NCBI GenBank assembly: GCA_016839445.1
Contig: JAEOUG010000139.1
Location: forward strand, 1-21,413
Length of the DNA: 21,413 bases
Source: Candidatus Thorarchaeota archaeon
GTDB lineage: Archaea > Asgardarchaeota > Thorarchaeia > Thorarchaeales > Thorarchaeaceae
Direction: 5' to 3'
Shown: positions 8,692 through 16,553 of the stretch, piece after piece
Numbering within the stretch: the first letter of the stretch is position 1
Layout: the number at the start of each line of letters is the position of its first letter
Notes under the pieces: model-generated
Told to the model about the DNA's origin: nothing
The model's database searches: none
The model's input: the letters and a program-made list of their open reading frames with translations, nothing else
Translations under genes and position numbers: made by a program

Positions 8692-10716
8692 ATGCCTGCG
8701 TCCGATCTGGAGCCCGAAATGATCGAGATTCCTATGATGACGGAGAAAGGCGAGAGGCTCAAACCCATTAGAATTCCTAGAGGTTCCACAGATGTGCACA
8801 TACGAGAGGCAGACATCACTGAACCCGACCGCGACCCAACCAGTGGAAGTGTCGATGTCCCTGCTGGAGAGAGAGCGATCATAGACCTGACTGGATTGTC
8901 CGAGGCCGAGAATCTTATCTCCCTTAGAATCACCACGCCGATGCTAGGAAATCTTGACCTCTCTCCTCTCAGTGAATGTAGAAACCTTAGAGAATTCACC
9001 ATCAGGAGTCCACGTGGCCCTGAAGAGAAGATTGTGATAGGAGATATCCTGGACCTGTCGTGGATGTCGAAGAACACCAAGATGAGGTCAATTGAGATTA
9101 GTGATGCCACAGTCAAGAAGATCATCCTCCCCTCCAAGAGTCAGTGGGCAGGACTGAAGACTTTCAGCATTGACCACACTCTGCTAGAGGAAATCGATCT
9201 CTCTTGTCTCAGTCCGTGCGTAGATCTCTATGCTCTTAGTCTTGAGCACAACAAGCTAGAATCACTTGTGCTCCCAGTAATGGACCAGCCCAACAAGATC
9301 AAAGATCTGTCATTGCTGTCCAACCGACTTGCTGATCTCGACCTCGGTCCTGTATCAACGTGGGAGAACCTTGTGAAGATTGAACTAGAAGAGAACCTCT
9401 TGACCCACATCAACTTGGCTCCGTTGAGTTCGTGTCCGTTGCTGCGGAACTTGAATCTAAGCAGGAACAGACTCAAATCACTGGATTTGAGCCCATTGGC
9501 GAAAATGAGAAAGATAGCTTCGATAAGGATCAACTCAAATAATGAGCTGGATCAGCTTTCCGCCTACCCCCTTAGCCATGTAAGAAATCTGACCTGGACT
9601 TCAATGCTAGGAACAGCTATCGAAGAACTCGACGTTTCTCCGCTTCTTCTGACCGGTACAAGCCCCACTGTTAGGATACCAAGTGACCTAAGAAAGAAAG
9701 CATTGAAGATTCTCAAGCCCTTACATTACATGGCCTCATCTGTGCAGAAGAAGCCTCTCTTCACTACAGAGGACTACTCTGTCAAATTAGAAGAGGTCCC
9801 ATGGGACCAGCTGAGATACCTCCTTGCTGCCTTCACAAAGCGAGTTCCTGAGGGTGTGATGGCTGCAGTGTTTCGTGGATTCATCTCCGAGCTAGAGCTC
9901 TCACCATGGGAAGGACTCTACTCTGATCTCGTAGCTCTTCTACCGGAGCTCAGCGCCGAGATGACATACACTCAGATTCGCAAGAGAATCAGCGATGAAT
10001 ACCCCCAGTCCTTGACCGCTCCAACTACCCGAGAGAAGAGAAGCGGCGAGATTCCCGCCTACGAGGACTGCGAGATCAGATACGAAGCCCTCAGAAGAAC
10101 CGAGGCCAAAGGGAAGAACTGGCTCACCATCCCTCCAATAGCCAGTCTGGACTTCGTCGTCGACACTACAGAAGCTGGAGAGGTATTGGTGTTCCGGAGT
10201 CTCAGAATGCGTGACGAAGGGCGGTCACCACCCTATACTCTACCCAAGAAGAAGTCCGTCAAACTTGAGGCTATGCTGGCAGCTCTGGCTGACGTACAAG
10301 ACCCTCTGGTTCCTCGCGTACTTGTCTCACTTCTCAACTCCACGCTAGACCGAATGAAGGAGCCAGTCCACTGGTGGGCGAAGATAGCGGGTGGCTACGA
10401 CCACTTCGTGTCCAAGTATGTCGAAGCAGTGGTTCTAAAGTGGATTACTGAATCCATGACCAAGAGGCATTCCAAAGAAACCGTGAGGCCCCTTATCCGG
10501 ACACTGAGTATTGTGTTCAGCTACAAGCTGTATGAGTGGGATGAGCCCGAAGTTGGGGATGTCAGAGCGATTGTCAAGTCAATTACTAAGATACTGGACG
10601 AGTATGACCTCAGAGGGGAGGTGGAACGTATCCACAATATCCTCAACAGCAAGACGGAACTCCCTGGAGACATCAAGAGCCTGGTTTCCCAGTTAGTATC
10701 TAAGTATGAGCAGTGA
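8692..10716 (+). CDS. Leucine-rich repeat protein with C-terminal alpha-helical region
   Basis: About 22-aa repeats of type LxxLxLxxNxLxxLDLxPLxxC (e.g. LEENLLTHINLAPLSSCPLLRNLNLSRNRLKSLDLSPL). No signal peptide or TM seen. Confidence 0.88.
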   Translation: MPASDLEPEMIEIPMMTEKGERLKPIRIPRGSTDVHIREADITEPDRDPTSGSVDVPAGERAIIDLTGLSEAENLISLRITTPMLGNLDLSPLSECRNLREFTIRSPRGPEEKIVIGDILDLSWMSKNTKMRSIEISDATVKKIILPSKSQWAGLKTFSIDHTLLEEIDLSCLSPCVDLYALSLEHNKLESLVLPVMDQPNKIKDLSLLSNRLADLDLGPVSTWENLVKIELEENLLTHINLAPLSSCPLLRNLNLSRNRLKSLDLSPLAKMRKIASIRINSNNELDQLSAYPLSHVRNLTWTSMLGTAIEELDVSPLLLTGTSPTVRIPSDLRKKALKILKPLHYMASSVQKKPLFTTEDYSVKLEEVPWDQLRYLLAAFTKRVPEGVMAAVFRGFISELELSPWEGLYSDLVALLPELSAEMTYTQIRKRISDEYPQSLTAPTTREKRSGEIPAYEDCEIRYEALRRTEAKGKNWLTIPPIASLDFVVDTTEAGEVLVFRSLRMRDEGRSPPYTLPKKKSVKLEAMLAALADVQDPLVPRVLVSLLNSTLDRMKEPVHWWAKIAGGYDHFVSKYVEAVVLKWITESMTKRHSKETVRPLIRTLSIVFSYKLYEWDEPEVGDVRAIVKSITKILDEYDLRGEVERIHNILNSKTELPGDIKSLVSQLVSKYEQ

Positions 10717-10731
10717 GCTACGGTGTCGTGA

Positions 10732-10985
10732 CTTGGCGGGAAAAGAGCAAGGATGAAAGGGTGGGCGCAGCGTCCTGTGGGCAACGCGATCGCATTGCCG
10801 CGCCACCACCTAATGTTTTGAGCGTCGCATTCCGGGAAACCGATTTTGCAGAATCCCGCAAGATACACACCGCACGCCAAAGTGTGTACACGACCCACAA
10901 TGAATATGCCGCGCCCTAGTCTACAGTATATGTAGGAAGGACTTCCAAGTTAACCCTTGTGGTTGAAGAGACCACGCGTGCCAAG
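10732..10985 (-). ncRNA. Candidate structured non-coding RNA of unknown family
   Basis: Nested complementary segments found by eye: 10732-37/10980-85, 10757-62/10953-58, 10763-71/10908-16, 10775-80/10895-900, 10824-28/10890-94, plus hairpins. The imperfect pairs are G-U on the minus strand and A-C on the plus strand. Confidence 0.55.
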
Positions 10986-11019
10986 GTGATGTTAGTCTAT
11001 AATACATCCTATCAGTTCG

Positions 11020-11025
11020 TTATAA
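11020..11025. promoter_or_regulatory. TTATAA palindromic TATA-like box, possible promoter for the minus-strand ncRNA
   Basis: About 35 nt upstream of the 5' closing stem (10985) of the candidate RNA. A second AT-rich box (TATTATAG on the minus strand) lies at about 10997-11004. Confidence 0.35.
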
Positions 11026-11243
11026 GACTTGCTTGCCTCTGTGTGTTTGAGCGTCATTCAGCGCGGGTTTGCGTTTCGTCGTCAAAGCGTAACCTTTTTC
11101 CGAGAGGAATCATGCATCGACTCATCAGCTTCGTAGAACAAGAGAGACCCTACCGACTATGTGACGAACTGACGATCTGCACTAGACTTGGCTCTCCTCT
11201 CAAATACGATTCAGCTAGCGGAGCTGTTACAGGAGATAATGCG

Positions 11244-13058
11244 ATGCGTGTATACCTCGACGCCAACTTCTTCATCTCGGGATTCTCAGACAGGCCAAAA
11301 GATGTCGGCACAGTGAAGCAGGCGGCAGACAGAATTGATGTCGAGCTATGGATCACAAGACAGGTCTTCCAGGAGCTGAGGTGGTACCTAAGAAGAGAGG
11401 TAGAGAAGATCATCCAGATTGACGAGACCCTCACGAAGGACATCAAGAGCTTCATGGAAAGCATCAACCGACCTGAGAGCTCGCTACCACAATTGAACGA
11501 CATGTCCCTCGTGCTTGGAGCTATGCGAACGAAGGACTCCAAGATAGTGACCAGCGATATGAAGCTCCTGAACACCATTCAGGACCTTCAGGTAGAAGTC
11601 GAGGGAATCGTAGGTTCTGCGTACATCCTCGAATTGATGGAATCAATCGACGATGAGGAACTGAAGAAGAATCTGTCACACATCAGAGAGCGAATCTACA
11701 CCGAAGAAGTGAGGTACAGCATTGCTCGACAGGAAGCATATGACCCCGTCACGAGAATCCGCATCATCGAAGATCATGCACTCCGTGTACTAAGGACAGT
11801 CAAGCGTCCAGCAGAGCAGGTAGACAGACAGCTGTCCCGTGGACAGCCCCTCTTTGTTCTGGATTTCCTCGAAGACATAAAGGCGGACATTCCAAACATG
11901 TTCGAGGACTTCCAACAGGGCAGATATGACACCCTCGCTCAAGAGATAGAGGCTGTTCAGAATGAGATTGAACGCATGCTCATTGTGTCAACGCTCACGG
12001 AGTCCTCCGAAACGCACGGCAAGCTTGTGAAGCATGCCTCTGAGCTGACGCTCTTCCTCTACTACCTTGAGATGATCTGTCATCTCTATCGAGGAACGAA
12101 AGAGGGTATCAGTGATGCCCTCACGATAAGCGAGGAAGCATTTCGGCTTCTCATGTTCGCAGAGGTAGAAAACGATGAGATGAAGGCACAGGTGTTCTTC
12201 GTTCGGATACTCCTCTCACTCATCCGCGAGGACTATGACGAACTGGACTACTTCTACAGCCTTTACGATAGCATGCTGAACAGAGTAGGCCTCGATGAGA
12301 TGATGGAGACAACAGAGGGATTCTATGTGACAATGCAGGTCCTGAGGAAGTTCATGGGTGGCTTTAGTCTGACTCAGTCCAAGTTGAACTACCCACTTGT
12401 CACAATCTCCATGCTCAATGACATATCCAAGTATAGCATCCTGTTCGACGACCACGACAATGCTTGGCAGTTGGCGGTCACAGCCTACAAGATAGGTGTT
12501 GCATACAACCTTGAAGAGGGAGCGATAAACTCGTTTCTCATGCTCTACAAGGTCTCTTCAGCCTCCCACGATAGATTCAATCCTGCACTTGAGAAGATTG
12601 CAGAACATGCCCTCAAGGCCTTTGTCAAGAAGGGGTGGAACACCTCGAACATCACCCCAATCCTTAACGAGGTTCAGGGAAACGTTGCACGGGCTGACAA
12701 CATGGCCACTGGCGGACCTGCCAAACTCAGCGAGATACCCAGTGAAATGAAGGGTTGGATGAACGTGCTCTCACTTGAGAAGGTAGATGGGGAAGAGACC
12801 CTAGTTGTCAGAAACGAGAACCTTCAGGCCAGAGTTGGCATTATCGTCACACACCACCCAGAGCTAAGGAACCTGAAGTCGGGACACAAGGTGGCATTCA
12901 CAGGCGGCGAGTTTGACATCTCTCAGGCGTCGAAGGAGACCACAAAGGACCTTGCAGTTGTCCTTCTGGTCAAACCCAGTCCCGGGTCGGAAATCTCTTA
13001 TGAGGGCGAGTATGGATTTACATACATGAAGGTTGCTAAGCCCGAGGCTGAGGCCTAG
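11244..13058 (+). CDS. PIN-domain protein with long alpha-helical middle region and possible C-terminal OB-fold
   Basis: MRVYLDANFFI...ITRQVFQEL...NDMSLV...IVTSDMKL gives the PIN acidic residues (D, E, D, D). SD AGGAGA at 11231-11236 supports ATG 11244 rather than 10959. Confidence 0.8.
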   Translation: MRVYLDANFFISGFSDRPKDVGTVKQAADRIDVELWITRQVFQELRWYLRREVEKIIQIDETLTKDIKSFMESINRPESSLPQLNDMSLVLGAMRTKDSKIVTSDMKLLNTIQDLQVEVEGIVGSAYILELMESIDDEELKKNLSHIRERIYTEEVRYSIARQEAYDPVTRIRIIEDHALRVLRTVKRPAEQVDRQLSRGQPLFVLDFLEDIKADIPNMFEDFQQGRYDTLAQEIEAVQNEIERMLIVSTLTESSETHGKLVKHASELTLFLYYLEMICHLYRGTKEGISDALTISEEAFRLLMFAEVENDEMKAQVFFVRILLSLIREDYDELDYFYSLYDSMLNRVGLDEMMETTEGFYVTMQVLRKFMGGFSLTQSKLNYPLVTISMLNDISKYSILFDDHDNAWQLAVTAYKIGVAYNLEEGAINSFLMLYKVSSASHDRFNPALEKIAEHALKAFVKKGWNTSNITPILNEVQGNVARADNMATGGPAKLSEIPSEMKGWMNVLSLEKVDGEETLVVRNENLQARVGIIVTHHPELRNLKSGHKVAFTGGEFDISQASKETTKDLAVVLLVKPSPGSEISYEGEYGFTYMKVAKPEAEA

Positions 13059-13084
13059 CACCAAACGTCTGGAAGGAAAAGCAG

Positions 13085-13510
13085 GTGATTGTCTGGATAC
13101 TACTGGCAGGAGTCGTGTCAGTGGTTTCGCTTTTCAACTACTACCTCAACCGTGCCCCTGGATCGGACCCTGAAGACTTCCTAGTGGGCCCGCCCGGACT
13201 AGGCGTGACCTGCGACTGCTTCCTGAACACCCTGATTCTTGGAGCCATTCTGATAATCGGTCTGGCCGCTTCCGCGGGAGCATTTGCGACCAGAAACGAG
13301 CTATACCTAGCAGGAGGGGTCTCCTTCCTCGTTGTCACCCTTGCAGGGTTATTCGGCCGCCGACGAAGACATCGTGAATGGAGAGAAACAGCCAAAGCTC
13401 TACATCGGGCCATTCCTTTTGGCGTCACAGATCCCTATCAGAGGTCTTCAGTCCATCTGATATTTGATGATGAGGAAGAGGAAGACGACAACAACCTGGA
13501 TGAGCTCTAA
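13085..13510 (+). CDS. Hypothetical small membrane protein (3 TM, CxC motif, acidic tail)
   Basis: Three hydrophobic segments, VTCDC, RRRR after the last TM, DDEEEEDD tail. Co-oriented 26 nt after the PIN gene. Confidence 0.65.
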   Translation: MIVWILLAGVVSVVSLFNYYLNRAPGSDPEDFLVGPPGLGVTCDCFLNTLILGAILIIGLAASAGAFATRNELYLAGGVSFLVVTLAGLFGRRRRHREWRETAKALHRAIPFGVTDPYQRSSVHLIFDDEEEEDDNNLDEL

Positions 13511-13532
13511 AGACTCGATTCCCTTCATCTCG

Positions 13533-13898
13533 CTAGTCAAGAGAGATCTTGTCGTCTTTCAGATTGGGAGCTTTGATTGCCAGTAGTCTCGCATCAATGT
13601 CAGCTGGTGCACGAAAGCTGTGTGCCTCTCCTGGTTCCGCAACCGCAACGTCCCCCGCATCAAGGACTCGGGACTCTCCACCGATTTCTACAGTGAGTGG
13701 AGTCAGAGCCACAAAGAACTCCTCTAGGTCTCGGTGAAGATGTGGAGAGGTCTTCATCCCTTTCGGAATGTCTACAACAATGAGTCCCAGGGATTTCGCA
13801 GACTTCTTCAGAACGAGGTCTGCAATATAGGTTGCCTCGTATCCAGCACGCCCATGCCGTTCAGCGTCTGAAGCTCTAAACACTCTCATGGTGTACAA
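13533..13898 (-). CDS. Cupin domain protein (Cupin_2)
   Basis: PHLHRDLEEFF and GDVAVAEPGEAHSF cupin motifs 1 and 2. Confidence 0.88.
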   Translation of the reverse strand: MYTMRVFRASDAERHGRAGYEATYIADLVLKKSAKSLGLIVVDIPKGMKTSPHLHRDLEEFFVALTPLTVEIGGESRVLDAGDVAVAEPGEAHSFRAPADIDARLLAIKAPNLKDDKISLD

Positions 13899-13987
13899 TC
13901 AAGCCTAACGATTGGTCAAGAAGGTTCCTACCTGTTTCTACATAGACCCAATAGCTATTATTGGCTCTAGTCATAGTATGTCCAAGA

Positions 13988-15076
13988 ATGACTACGAGTG
14001 AGACACCAAAGAACAGGATGATTTTCAAGATCCTGATTCTTGGAGGAAACCCAGGAAGAAGGAATGGGTTTCTTAGAGCAGCTGCTGGTGAGAGGATATC
14101 TTGTCAGCTGCATAGTAGCATAGGCGTAAGCCTCGGAGTGGCGCAGACGCACCTCTCAAGCGGCGAAAACGTTGCACTGCAGTTCTGGGCCCTCCCCAAT
14201 GATCCTCAATACGACGGTCTCATCAAGAGCTTCGTCAAGGGCCACAAAGGAATCATCCTCATTCTTGAGGCTGGAGATGAAGGTCGTATCGAATCCTTCT
14301 TTGAGAACATACCAGTGGAGTCTGTGCACTCAACGCTGGCTGTAATCGTCGGAGCTGTCCAGGACAGGGCTGCAATCATGACAGAGCTCAGGCAAGCCGT
14401 CGGAAAGCCACTTGAGAGAAGCTCCGCGAAGCTGGTTCATGAAGTGGTCGACATCATGGCTGCTGCGATGACAGGCAATGACGGACTCCCGATGGTAGTG
14501 GAGATACCCGAGGCTGCATGCCCCATCTACGAACCAGAGCTAAGGATTGGGACAGAGGAACACAACTCCCCCGAGGAAGTGGAAGAGATTCGAAACGTAG
14601 CCCATGGCCTAGGGCTCCGAACCTCAGGGAATACATGTGAGATCGAAGTCGAGGAGGGCAGACTCCAAGTCTCGATGCTATCAGGACGTGTTCTCATGAG
14701 ACCGACCATCTGCGAGTACTGCAGGAAGAACTGCTCTCGAAGAATCAATATCTGCATTATCGGCCAGGACTCTGGCTGGTCTTCGGACAGCCATAGAACA
14801 AAGGCGATGCTGACAATGGCGAAGATTGTCGCACTCGCAGAGAGAGACTTGCCACAACATGTAGAGAATCAGCTTCTACGCTCTTCGATATGTAGAGACT
14901 TCGCTGCAAGAGACGATGCCCCTGCAGAGATCCTCGAGACACTCATCCGCTCAGACGCACCTTACAACAAGGAGAGCCTACTGGAGGTCGCAGACCGTAG
15001 AGTCAAGGAAGGCAGACTTCCCGAGCCACTTTACAATATGCTGAAAAGAAGACTTGAGAGAGTATCTTCAGCATGA
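13988..15076 (+). CDS. Degenerate Rab/Ras-like small-GTPase domain fused to a Cys-rich domain and SHOCT-like tail
   Basis: FKILILGG, SIGVSLG, LQFWA and SFVKGHKGIILI align with Rab FKxxxxG, TIGVDF, LQIWD and YYRGAxGxxLV. C-terminal CEYCRKNC...IC...C. Start likely ATG 13988, with TATTATT at 13956-62. Confidence 0.7.
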   Translation: MTTSETPKNRMIFKILILGGNPGRRNGFLRAAAGERISCQLHSSIGVSLGVAQTHLSSGENVALQFWALPNDPQYDGLIKSFVKGHKGIILILEAGDEGRIESFFENIPVESVHSTLAVIVGAVQDRAAIMTELRQAVGKPLERSSAKLVHEVVDIMAAAMTGNDGLPMVVEIPEAACPIYEPELRIGTEEHNSPEEVEEIRNVAHGLGLRTSGNTCEIEVEEGRLQVSMLSGRVLMRPTICEYCRKNCSRRINICIIGQDSGWSSDSHRTKAMLTMAKIVALAERDLPQHVENQLLRSSICRDFAARDDAPAEILETLIRSDAPYNKESLLEVADRRVKEGRLPEPLYNMLKRRLERVSSA

Positions 15077-15104
15077 ATGAATCGGAATACCGGAGGCGTA
15101 TACA

Positions 15105-15602
15105 ATTAGGACAGTCTCGATAGTCGGTGGAGCAGATTCAGAACCAGAAGCCCTTGCACTGGCTTACGCTGTTGGTGAAGAGGTTGCTAAACATGGGGCC
15201 GCCCTCATCTGTGGAGGTCTCGGCGGAGTGATGGAAGCCGCGTGCAAAGGAGCCAAGAAGAACGGAGGACTGACTATCGGAATTCTTCCCTCCAATTCCA
15301 AAGAGGACGCCAACGCACACGTGGACATAGCACTACCTACGGGCTTGGGATACGCGCGTAACTTCCTGGTAGCCAAGAGCTCCGACGCAGTAATTGCCAT
15401 AGGAGGAGCAGCTGGCACATTGAGCGAGCTAGCAATCGCGTGGTTCTCAGATAGGCCGATTGTCGCATTGACTGGAGCAGGAGGATGGTCTGACAAGCTT
15501 GCAGATTCAAGAATAGATGAGAGGCGGCAGGACCGCGTTCACGCTGCATCATCAGCTGAGGAGGCGTTGAAGGTCATTTCTGAACTCCTCGGATGGGAGT
15601 AG
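15105..15602 (+). CDS. TIGR00725 / LOG-SLOG family nucleotide-binding protein
   Basis: In-frame upstream extension RTVSIVGGAD...LICGGLGGVMEAACKGA, then GILP, TGLGYARNFLV and GGAAGTLSELAIA. The true N-terminus lies well upstream of the ORF-track start 15228; the start codon is uncertain (ATT 15105). Confidence 0.85.
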   Translation: MRTVSIVGGADSEPEALALAYAVGEEVAKHGAALICGGLGGVMEAACKGAKKNGGLTIGILPSNSKEDANAHVDIALPTGLGYARNFLVAKSSDAVIAIGGAAGTLSELAIAWFSDRPIVALTGAGGWSDKLADSRIDERRQDRVHAASSAEEALKVISELLGWE

Positions 15603-15608
15603 ATTCAG

Positions 15609-16454
15609 TTGAATCAGCTCGTATCCGAGACCCTGCGCGGCCGCACTGTCTTGAAAGATGAGGATGTTTGGGAGCTTAGTGGAGTTCTCCAAGACAGATA
15701 CCGAAGTGAGAAGAATGTGGTTGAGGTCGATGCAGATCGCCTCGTCTTTGTAGGCGACCTTCATGGTGAGTACGAATGCCTCCTGAGTGTCCAACGACTG
15801 CTAGATGACTATAATGGCCATCTGTTCGTCTTTCTTGGCGACTACGGTGAGAGAGGACCTCTCCAAGTAGAAACCTTCAACCTTGTGGCAGCCATGGCTG
15901 TCGGATATCCAGAACGAGTACTGATGCTTCGAGGAAATCATGAAACTGCCAGTGTGGCCACACGATATGGGCTCTACAGTCAGGTTGTCAAGTCCTACGG
16001 CCACTCTACGTTCAGGCACTACACATCAGCTTTCTCTGTACTACCCATGGCTCTGCGAACCAAACACGGAGTCTTCGCGTGCCATGGCGGTGTTCCAGAA
16101 GGAGCTCTTTCAGTGGCTGAGATCGATGCCTGCAGCAGATACGGAGAAGAGCTGGACAGCTCGGTGCTCTATCAGATTGCATGGAACGACCCACGGGAAG
16201 GCGACTTCAGGTTCAGGCCAAATCAGAGAGGAGGTTCCTCACGCATCTTTGGGGAGAAGGCCTTCAGGGAGTTCAAGGAGGGAGTTGGGTTTGAACTCAT
16301 GGTACGAGCACATGAGGTCTTTCCCGCGGGTGTGAAGCCATTCTTCTCGGGCCAGCTCCAGAGTATATTCTCGGCCTCATCTGGAGGCCAAGTTGCGCCA
16401 AAGGTGCTCAGAGTTGGTCCGAATCTCGACATCGAGCCCATCAATCTCGCATAG
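15609..16454 (+). CDS. Ser/Thr protein phosphatase, PPP family (calcineurin-like metallophosphoesterase)
   Basis: GDLHG, GDYGERG, LRGNHE, HGG, WNDP, RG....FG and RAHE motifs. Confidence 0.92.
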   Translation: MNQLVSETLRGRTVLKDEDVWELSGVLQDRYRSEKNVVEVDADRLVFVGDLHGEYECLLSVQRLLDDYNGHLFVFLGDYGERGPLQVETFNLVAAMAVGYPERVLMLRGNHETASVATRYGLYSQVVKSYGHSTFRHYTSAFSVLPMALRTKHGVFACHGGVPEGALSVAEIDACSRYGEELDSSVLYQIAWNDPREGDFRFRPNQRGGSSRIFGEKAFREFKEGVGFELMVRAHEVFPAGVKPFFSGQLQSIFSASSGGQVAPKVLRVGPNLDIEPINLA

Positions 16455-16553
16455 TTCGCAAGTTCCACTTACACCAAGTTCATAAACCCCGGGCTAGGCT
16501 CAAAAATCGAGCTACGGTTCGCTTCTGAAAGCAATCCAAGGGTGTTGATCTGG

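Noticed and set aside
8880-9660. LRR region as a DNA tandem repeat or diversity-generating target
   Set aside because: The repeats are diverged at the nucleotide level. No near-identical template/variable pair or reverse transcriptase was seen in the window.
10521-10919. Short ORFs 10521-10898(-), 10713-10919(+) and 10718-10900(-)
   Set aside because: No recognisable motifs, and they overlap each other. The base-pairing pattern explains the region better.
10732-10985. Identification of the RNA as RNase P, SRP RNA or a cobalamin riboswitch
   Set aside because: GGAAGUCC and ACUGUA are only partial resemblances. The other required conserved elements (RNase P CR-V, SRP helix 8, B12 box) were not found by eye.
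10817-11055. 10-bp direct repeat TTTGAGCGTC at 10817 and 11046
   Set aside because: Only two short copies, plausible by chance. Not a CRISPR array, and no evidence of a target-site duplication.
10959-11243. 95-aa N-terminal extension of the PIN ORF
   Set aside because: The PIN fold starts at M(11244) with a good SD. The extension has atypical composition and overlaps the candidate RNA and TATA-like boxes.
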